The notes below the pieces were generated by a model. The model was not told where the DNA came from. It saw nothing but the letters and a program-made list of their open reading frames with translations, and did not search any database. The translations under genes were made by a program, and so were the position numbers. Source: Nannocystis bainbridge (lineage in GTDB: Bacteria; Myxococcota_A; Polyangia; Nannocystales; Nannocystaceae). Taken from it: 64,000 bases of DNA. Shown piece after piece: positions 58,501-64,000 of the stretch. Position 1 is the stretch's first letter, and every line of letters starts with the position of its first letter. The DNA is taken from positions 1,696,001 through 1,760,000 of the forward strand of contig NZ_JAQNDL010000003.1 of assembly GCF_028368995.1 (NCBI RefSeq), read 5' to 3'.

Positions 58501-59220
58501 GCCCTCGGGGTCGAAGATCGGCGAGACGGTCAGCGAGATGTCGAGCAGCGTCCCGTCCTTGGCCACGCGCACGGTCTCGAACGACTGGATGCGCTCGCCG
58601 CGGACCAGTCGGGCCAGGATCTGCCGCTCCTCGTCGAGCCGCTCGATCGGGATGAGCATGGTGATCGGGTGGCCCTCGGCCTCGGCGGCGGTCCAGCCGA
58701 ACAGCCGCTCGGCCCCGGCGTTCCAGGTGCGGATGACGCCGTCGAGCGTCTTGCTGACGATCGCGTCCTGCGACGAGGCGACGATCGCCGCCAGGCGCGA
58801 GCTGGCCTCGTCGGACCGCCGGCGCTCGCTGACATCGCGGAACACGAGGACGGCGCCGACGGGCTTGCCGGCGGCGTCGCGGATCGGCGCCGCGCTGTCG
58901 TCGATCGGGCGCTCGACGCCGTCGCGAGCGATGAGACAGGTGTGATTCGCCAGCCCGACCACGATCCCCTCGCGCAGGGCCCTCAGCGCCGGGTTCTCGG
59001 CCGGCTGGCGCGTGTACTCGTGGACGATGTGGAACACCTCGGTGAGCGGGCGCCCCGCGGCCGCGGCCCCGCTCCAGCCGGTCAGCGCCTCGGCGACCGG
59101 ATTGAGGTACGTGACCCGACCGTCGACGTCGGTGCTGATGACGGCGTCGCCGATGCTGGCGAGGGTGATCTGCAGCCGCTCGCGCTCTCTGGCGAGCTCG
59201 TCGTCGTCCTGGCGCATCAT
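55543..59220 (-). CDS. Hybrid sensor histidine kinase (PAS x4, GAF x2, HisKA, HATPase, REC)
   Basis: SIGDAVISTD, LAHELRNPLAP, NLLTNSAKYT, GLGIGL, VLVVDDN, DMGMP. Confidence 0.96.
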   Translation of the reverse strand: MMRQDDDELARERERLQITLASIGDAVISTDVDGRVTYLNPVAEALTGWSGAAAAGRPLTEVFHIVHEYTRQPAENPALRALREGIVVGLANHTCLIARDGVERPIDDSAAPIRDAAGKPVGAVLVFRDVSERRRSDEASSRLAAIVASSQDAIVSKTLDGVIRTWNAGAERLFGWTAAEAEGHPITMLIPIERLDEERQILARLVRGERIQSFETVRVAKDGTLLDISLTVSPIFDPEGRIIGASKIARDITAQKRAEAALRASEGRHRFLAELAAATQPLTEPDEVLTVTARLLGEYVGVDRCAYAEFDAEGEEPAFVILGDYTRGVPSMVGRWPAAGFGPKLQAVMQAHEPFVIDDVEHDPRVGTDLTAYRAARIGAGVCVPLHKQGQFIATMALHARDPRRWQEDEITLLRTVADRCWEALERTRAARRLRDSEARYRAIVEATPECVKLLGPDGTLLQMNPSGMRMVEADEAVVHGRSIYDVIAPEDREAFRAFNDRVCRGEPGHLSFDIVGLAGTRRHMESTAVPLPAPDGGWHHLAVSRDVTQRAVAERALADSRARLDFAVRLSGVGFWYCDLPFDELQWDARVKEHFWLPPTARVTIGMFYEKIHPEDRERTRASIEASIGDLGPYDIDYRTVDPASGAIKWIRALGGTVCGSDGTPIRFDGVTVDITERKHDEQRLALAFEREREQGHMLRQVADASLAIHSVQSLESVLETVAAEARRIIGASHACSSLHGGGDESAGPLAVTSTGEGVRREYGAPAGVGVLVDLVSRSQRPLRLAAEGPASGSGGPRRWLAAPFVDRQGDNLGLVQLWDDRDGGFGDSDEVMLVQLAHITSVAIENARLNAALREQDRRKDEFLALLAHELRNPLAPIRNGLEALRLTDDPAVQEHSQAVMDRQLGHMVRLIDDLLDVSRISRNKMELRRGRVMLADVVNAAIETARPFIDAARHTLEVSLPPRPVALDADLTRLAQVFSNLLTNSAKYTPPGGKISLTAERGEGEVRVAVRDDGIGIPQAALTSIFDMFSQIDRSIERSNGGLGIGLALVKGLVEMHGGAVTADSPGPGRGSTFTVKLPVSEPQPQPASPRQAGSERAGGGRRVLVVDDNEDSALTMAMMLRLLGHQVETAHDGLVAVAAAQTFQPEVILMDMGMPRLNGYDATRQIRQQPGGEAIRIIALTGWGQDSDRARSKAAGCDLHLVKPVPMAELKKLLAESSPGK

Positions 59221-59515
59221 CGATTCGCGCGCACCGCTGGCGAGCAGGTCCGGCCGCACGCGCGGCGGTTGGAGTCGGCAGAACGCGGCGCAAGGGCGAC
59301 CATGCGAGGAGGAGGCTAGGCCGAGGCGGTCTGAGCCGCAAGCGCGATGGGCGAGCGGTCGCGCACTCCGTCAGCCGGCGAGCGCCGCGCAGGTCGCGAA
59401 TCGCGGCAGTCGTGGTCCGCGCCCACCACCGTGTCATCGCGCGACCACCGACGGATCATGGACGACTCGCGTCGTGGATCCAGGAGCCACGCGACCTCCA
59501 CGCGCCACCCTCATC

Positions 59516-60286
59516 TCAGCGCCCACCGAACCGCACCGACAGCCCCGCGAGGATCGCCACCACCAGCGTGCGACGGGCGCGACCGACCAGCACGCCGGCG
59601 TCGAGCGCCACGCGTGGGTGCAGGTGGACCATCAAGCCGCCGTCGCCCGCGAGCTCGGCGAGCTCGGTGTGGGGGAAATCGAGGCGGGCGTACGCCTCGC
59701 CCCACAGGCGCAGGCGCTGGTCGGCGAGGGTGCGCGCGACGGACACTGCGAACAGGTCGCTGATCTCGCAGCAACGTCCGGTATCCGCGGGGGCCGTCTT
59801 GACGCCGGCGTTGACGCTGAAATTCCACTCGCCGGGTTCGACGGTCAGCAGCAGCACCAGCGCCGGCAGCGGGGCCCAGAACGACGCCGGACCGAGCGGC
59901 GGCACCGGCAGCAATTGTGGCTGGAGCCCGAACGAAGTCTTCGTGCGGCTGTCGCGTTCGACCAGCAGGATCTTCGCCCCGATCGAGATCTCTTGCTGCT
60001 GCCGGACCGCCGCCTGCCCGAGGCCCCAGCGCACCGGATCGCCGTCGAACACGCGCAGCTCGACCCGCTCGTGCAGGCCGATGCGGACCACCAGCGGCGT
60101 CGCTACCAGGAACTCGTCATGATCGGCGCGGCCGTACACCTGCGCATCGACGCCAGCCTCGATCTGGACCGCGCCGCGCGGCACCGTCGCGGTCGAATTC
60201 GTGATCGTGGGCCGGTCGGGGTCGACGCGGCGCGCTTCGTCGTCGCCCGCGAGCAGGGCCCAGAGCGTGAGCCACACAATGAACAT
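59516..60286 (-). CDS. Outer-membrane 'transporter' family beta-barrel
   Basis: PDRPTITNSTATVPRGAVQIEAG motif; amphipathic strands; terminal SVRF. Confidence 0.8.
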   Translation of the reverse strand: MFIVWLTLWALLAGDDEARRVDPDRPTITNSTATVPRGAVQIEAGVDAQVYGRADHDEFLVATPLVVRIGLHERVELRVFDGDPVRWGLGQAAVRQQQEISIGAKILLVERDSRTKTSFGLQPQLLPVPPLGPASFWAPLPALVLLLTVEPGEWNFSVNAGVKTAPADTGRCCEISDLFAVSVARTLADQRLRLWGEAYARLDFPHTELAELAGDGGLMVHLHPRVALDAGVLVGRARRTLVVAILAGLSVRFGGR

Positions 60287-60301
60287 AGTCTGCCCTCGCG
60301 G

Positions 60302-60793
60302 TCAGCCGCCGCCGACCGAGCTCGAGCTCTCGCCGCTCGCGTGGCCGCCCGCGCCTTCGCGCGGGATCACCGAAAGCTTGCCGTCGGTCTCGAGCACCAC
60401 CCAGCGCACCTGGGCCAGCTCGTAGAGGCCCACCTTGCGCATCTCGGTGAAGATCTCGTCGGGCGAGATGCGCTCCTTGTTCATGTTCTCGGCCAAAAAT
60501 CGCCCGTCGCTGACCAGCAGGGTCGGCGAGCTCGAGATCGCCGTCTCGAGCGGGCGCACGTGGTGCATCAGCAGCGAGACCACGAACACCAGCGAGAACA
60601 GCGTCGTCGTGCCGACGATCGCGTTCGTCAGCGACGGGTCGTCGCGCACCAGCGCCGGTGACACGATCTCGGGGACGATGAGCAGCGTGACCAGCTCGGC
60701 CGGCGACAGCTGGCCGAACTCCCGCTTGCCGAGGATCCGCAGGCCGGCGATGATGACCGTGTAGAGGATGACGATGCGAATGACGGTTTCCAT
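60302..60793 (-). CDS. DUF421 (YetF-like) membrane protein
   Basis: GKREFGQLS, PTLLVSDG, VLETDGKLSVI. Confidence 0.9.
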   Translation of the reverse strand: METVIRIVILYTVIIAGLRILGKREFGQLSPAELVTLLIVPEIVSPALVRDDPSLTNAIVGTTTLFSLVFVVSLLMHHVRPLETAISSSPTLLVSDGRFLAENMNKERISPDEIFTEMRKVGLYELAQVRWVVLETDGKLSVIPREGAGGHASGESSSSVGGG

Positions 60794-60808
60794 GCGGCCT
60801 CCTCGCAT

Positions 60809-61318
60809 TCACGGCAACACGGTCAGGTGGACCGGCAGCTCGGCCAGCGCCGCCTCGCCGGCCCGCACGCGCACCGCCCCGGTGAGCGCGCCGGCGGCGG
60901 TGCTGCGATAATCGAGGGTGACCGCGCGGGTCGCCCCCGGCGCCATGTCGCCGAGCGGGACCACGTACCAGTCGCCGTCGATCCGGGCCAGCGGCGGCTG
61001 AAACGACGGCCGCGCCACCGCCTCGAGCAGGCCGCGGCTGAACTCGGCCTGCGCGCGCGTCAGCGGCCCCGACGTACGATTGACGACGGTGACGCGCAGG
61101 TGGCCCCAGTCCTCGAGGTGCTCACGCGGCGCGAACTCCACCGCCAGCCCGACCCCTCGCAGATCGATCTCCTCGCGCTGGCGCGGCCCGCCGAGCAGAC
61201 CCAGCGCGGCCACGATCGGCACTGCGAACATCAGCGGCAACAACAACCATTGCTCGCGGTGGAATTGCAGGCGCCGATCGATCTCCGGCGGCGACGGCGG
61301 ACGGTCGTGCGCTCGCAT
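60809..61318 (-). CDS. Hypothetical membrane-anchored protein in operon with DUF421
   Basis: TM ending ALGLLG followed by an Ig-like beta domain. Confidence 0.65.
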   Translation of the reverse strand: MRAHDRPPSPPEIDRRLQFHREQWLLLPLMFAVPIVAALGLLGGPRQREEIDLRGVGLAVEFAPREHLEDWGHLRVTVVNRTSGPLTRAQAEFSRGLLEAVARPSFQPPLARIDGDWYVVPLGDMAPGATRAVTLDYRSTAAGALTGAVRVRAGEAALAELPVHLTVLP

Positions 61319-61748
61319 GCACGCCGTGGGTTGCACGCAATCGGAGTCGCGGCCAATCGATCCGGTGTGATTCGCCGCGACCCGACGATGCAGCCGCAAA
61401 CTTCCTTTTAAAAGGGGAGCCCTGCGAGGCGCAGGCGCAGAATGCGCGGTTTCGCGCTCCTTCTGAATTGGGCGATCGCATGCCCCGGGAATCGGCGCAT
61501 TCGGCGCCACTCCGCAGAAATCATCACACCCTCGAATCGACGCCGAGCCCGCTCTCGTCGCAAATGTCCAGGGTATTTCCTCGTCATCGAATCATCATAC
61601 CGGCCTCGACCGATTCGCGGCGGTCGCCGCCTGCGCCGACGCGGGCGCGCGGACGCCACCTCTGCTCCGGCGGCGCCTCCTGCTCCAGAGGTTCGCCTCG
61701 AGGTTGCCGCCTCGACCCTCGCCGTCAACCTGAGCGACGGAGGCCGCC

Positions 61749-62630
61749 TTGCGCATTCATCACCTCAACTGTGGAACCATGTGCCCCTGGGGCGGGCGGC
61801 TGATGGGGAAGCCCGCCGACGAGCCCGGCCCGGCCCGGCTGACCTGCCACTGTCTGCTGCTCGAGACGGACCGCGGCCTGGTCCTCGTCGACACCGGCCT
61901 CGGCCTCGAGGACATCCGGGACCCGGTGCCTCGCCTCAGCCGCTTCTTCGTCGGCATGATGCGGCCCCGCTTCGACGAGCACGAGACGGCGGTGCGGCAG
62001 GTCGAGCGCCTCGGCTTCTCGCGCGGCGACGTGCGCCACATCCTCCTGACCCACCTGGACTTCGACCACGCCGGCGGGCTCGCCGACTTCCCGCACGCCC
62101 AGGTACATCTGCTCGCCGACGAGGCTCACGCCGCCCAGCGGCGGGCCAGCCCGCTCGCCCGCGGCCGCTACCGCCCGCAGCAGTGGGGGACGGCCGGCGC
62201 GTGGCAGACCTACGCGCCGAGCGAGGGCGAGGAGTGGCTCGGCTTCGCGTGCGTGCGAGCGCTGGTGGGCCTGCCGCCGGAGATCTTGCTGGTCCCGCTG
62301 GTCGGCCACACCGAGGGCCACGCGGGCGTGGCGGTGCACACCGACGAAGGCTGGCTGCTGCACGCCGGCGACGCGTACTTCTACCGCGGCGAGCTGAACG
62401 CCGAGCACCCGCGCTGCCCGGTCGGGCTGCGCGCCTACCAGACGATGATGGAGGTCGACCGACGAGCCCGCCTCGCCAATCAACAGCGCCTGCGCGACCT
62501 GGTGTATCAGCACGGCGAGGCGGTCCGCGTGCTGTGTGCCCACGACCCGGTCGAGTTCGAGACCTGGGCCGCCCGCAGCCCGTACGGCCAATCCCCGCAC
62601 CCGCGCGCGCCCGACCTCGGCGCGGGCTGA
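61749..62630 (+). CDS. MBL-fold metallo-hydrolase
   Basis: HHLNCGTM, THLDFDHAGG, GHTEGH, HAGDA, CAHDP; TTG start after GGAGG. Confidence 0.93.
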   Translation: MRIHHLNCGTMCPWGGRLMGKPADEPGPARLTCHCLLLETDRGLVLVDTGLGLEDIRDPVPRLSRFFVGMMRPRFDEHETAVRQVERLGFSRGDVRHILLTHLDFDHAGGLADFPHAQVHLLADEAHAAQRRASPLARGRYRPQQWGTAGAWQTYAPSEGEEWLGFACVRALVGLPPEILLVPLVGHTEGHAGVAVHTDEGWLLHAGDAYFYRGELNAEHPRCPVGLRAYQTMMEVDRRARLANQQRLRDLVYQHGEAVRVLCAHDPVEFETWAARSPYGQSPHPRAPDLGAG

Positions 62631-62641
62631 GCCGGCGGTCT

Positions 62642-62697
62642 CGCAAAACGTCCTTTGTGACATGTTATTAAAAGCACGCTACAAAGGACGTTTTGCG
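62642..62697. repeat. 17-bp inverted repeat / degenerate 14-bp-phased array
   Basis: CGCAAAACGTCCTTTGT...ACAAAGGACGTTTTGCG; CGTC 62649, GACA-TGTT 62659, AGCA 62673, GACG 62687. Confidence 0.8.
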
Positions 62698-62992
62698 CAA
62701 AGGGCCATAAGCGTCGAGTCGGCACCCCCGAGCCCACAGCGGGCGACCGCCGCCCCCGGCAGTCCACCGCACGAGCACAGGCGCCCGAGCGCCCCGCTCG
62801 CGTTCGCCAGCTTCGCCGTCGACGGTCCGCAGCTCAAACGCAGGCGTGGGCGATGGGAACCTCGCCACGGGGCCAGCCTTATGTCGTTAGCGTCTGGCGC
62901 GCTGCGCCGTGACGCCGGTTACCTTAGACCTACAAGAGGACCTCAGTCGTGCGAATCGTCGAGGACCTCACGCGACCGAGGTGGATCCTTAT

Positions 62993-64000
62993 TCAATGGT
63001 TGGCCAGCACAGCGGCTACGCGAAAACCGCGATTGTTGGAGTAACTCCAGAACACATCTCCGCTTCGCGTAGCGGCCGCTCGCGCTTTGTCGAGGGCCCA
63101 CCCCCCACCGCGCAGCGCCCGCTCCTCAGTCCTCCGGTGTTTGACAACCGGGTCGACGCTCCTTTGACCCGAACGCCCCTCGTACGCCTTCGCCTCCCAA
63201 TCGTCGAGGCACCACTCCCAAACGTTTCCGATCAGGTCGAGATGTCCGAAGGGCCCCCGCCCGGCCGGGCACGAACCAACCGGCGCGGTCGTCAGAGGCC
63301 CGTCGTACTTTCGGCCAAAAACAGCCCGGCTGGCCTCCGGCTTGTCGTTTCCCCACGGATAGCGTCGCCCGTCTGTGCTCCTTGCTGCGAACTCCCACTG
63401 TGCCTCGCTGGGCAACTGCACCCGCACTCCAGCGGTAACTAGCGCCGGGTGGGTCGATAACCAAGCGCAGAACTTGATCGCGTCGTCCCAACTTACCGTC
63501 ACGACCGGTCGCGTGTCGCCAGCGTACCGCTCGTCTCGCCACATTTGCGGCTCCGAATGCCCCCGGTTCGCTGCGAGGAACGCTCCATACTGCGCGTTCG
63601 TCACAGGCGTTTCGGCGAGCCAGTACGGCGAGACCTGTACCCAGTGTATAGGATCAGCTACTCCCTTTTCGGCTATCCCCTTCTCCCCCATCTCGAACGG
63701 TCCCCCCGGTAACCACAGGAAGCGAATCCCCGTCACAGGCTCGATGAACGGCTCGTTGACGACAATGCCTCGCCCTCTGCGCGGCTGCGCCCGAGCGAGC
63801 CACCGCTGCAACTCGCTGAGCCCGTCTCGCCGCTGCAGATTGATGAGCGTCGCTCCGGGCGGCAACTGCGCGGCCACTGTACTCTTCGGCAGCACCACGC
63901 AGGCGACAGCCTTTTCTGCATCGGCGAACAGCGACATACAACTGGCGGCTGCCTCCGTCGCCCATGCTGGCCCCGTCTGGTCGCACAGTGCAGCCACGCC
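62993..64000 (-). CDS. FGE-sulfatase (SUMF1) domain protein, C-terminal part
   Basis: GGPFEMG, TPVTNAQY, PVVTVSWDDA, LPSEAQWEFAAR, GNVWEW, RGGGW, GFRV; begins outside the window. Confidence 0.9.
   Translation of the reverse strand, partial: GVAALCDQTGPAWATEAAASCMSLFADAEKAVACVVLPKSTVAAQLPPGATLINLQRRDGLSELQRWLARAQPRRGRGIVVNEPFIEPVTGIRFLWLPGGPFEMGEKGIAEKGVADPIHWVQVSPYWLAETPVTNAQYGAFLAANRGHSEPQMWRDERYAGDTRPVVTVSWDDAIKFCAWLSTHPALVTAGVRVQLPSEAQWEFAARSTDGRRYPWGNDKPEASRAVFGRKYDGPLTTAPVGSCPAGRGPFGHLDLIGNVWEWCLDDWEAKAYEGRSGQRSVDPVVKHRRTEERALRGGGWALDKARAAATRSGDVFWSYSNNRGFRVAAVLANH

Noticed and set aside
1-64000. tRNA, rRNA, IS transposases, integrases or prophage genes
   Set aside because: None recognised in the sequence or ORF track.

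Overview
Very GC-rich bacterial chromosomal DNA, most likely a myxobacterium (Nannocystis-like, inferred from MYXO-CTERM-type C-termini, Thr-rich lipoproteins, Ser/Thr kinases, ECF sigma factors and an spd-type EF-G). About 45 genes: fusA, tkt, ahcY, mtnD, mtnB, coaD, a POT transporter, an AbiE type IV toxin-antitoxin pair, two ECF sigma loci, a hybrid histidine kinase and many hypothetical or secreted proteins. Two observations stand out. (1) A dispersed, relatively AT-rich DNA element built from the palindromic unit TGTC-N6-GACA, chained head-to-tail in strict 14-bp phase (1-6 units), occurs at more than 20 sites: between convergent, tandem and divergent genes and inside CDSs. This fits a chromosome-organising or nucleoid-protein binding code better than a regulon. 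(2) A group II intron appears to sit inside the AT^G start codon of a lipoprotein gene, just 3' of a stem-loop. It regenerates ATG plus an SD-like motif at its own 3' end, and an upstream ATG reads in frame into its RT. Also notable: a candidate nucleoid-associated wHTH protein preceded by a repeat and G-tract region, a ~1,280-aa protein made of ~10 beta-sheet+helix modules, a pseudokinase, shared bidirectional -10 boxes and many leaderless-type promoters. All calls are by eye from the sequence and ORF track; no searches were run.
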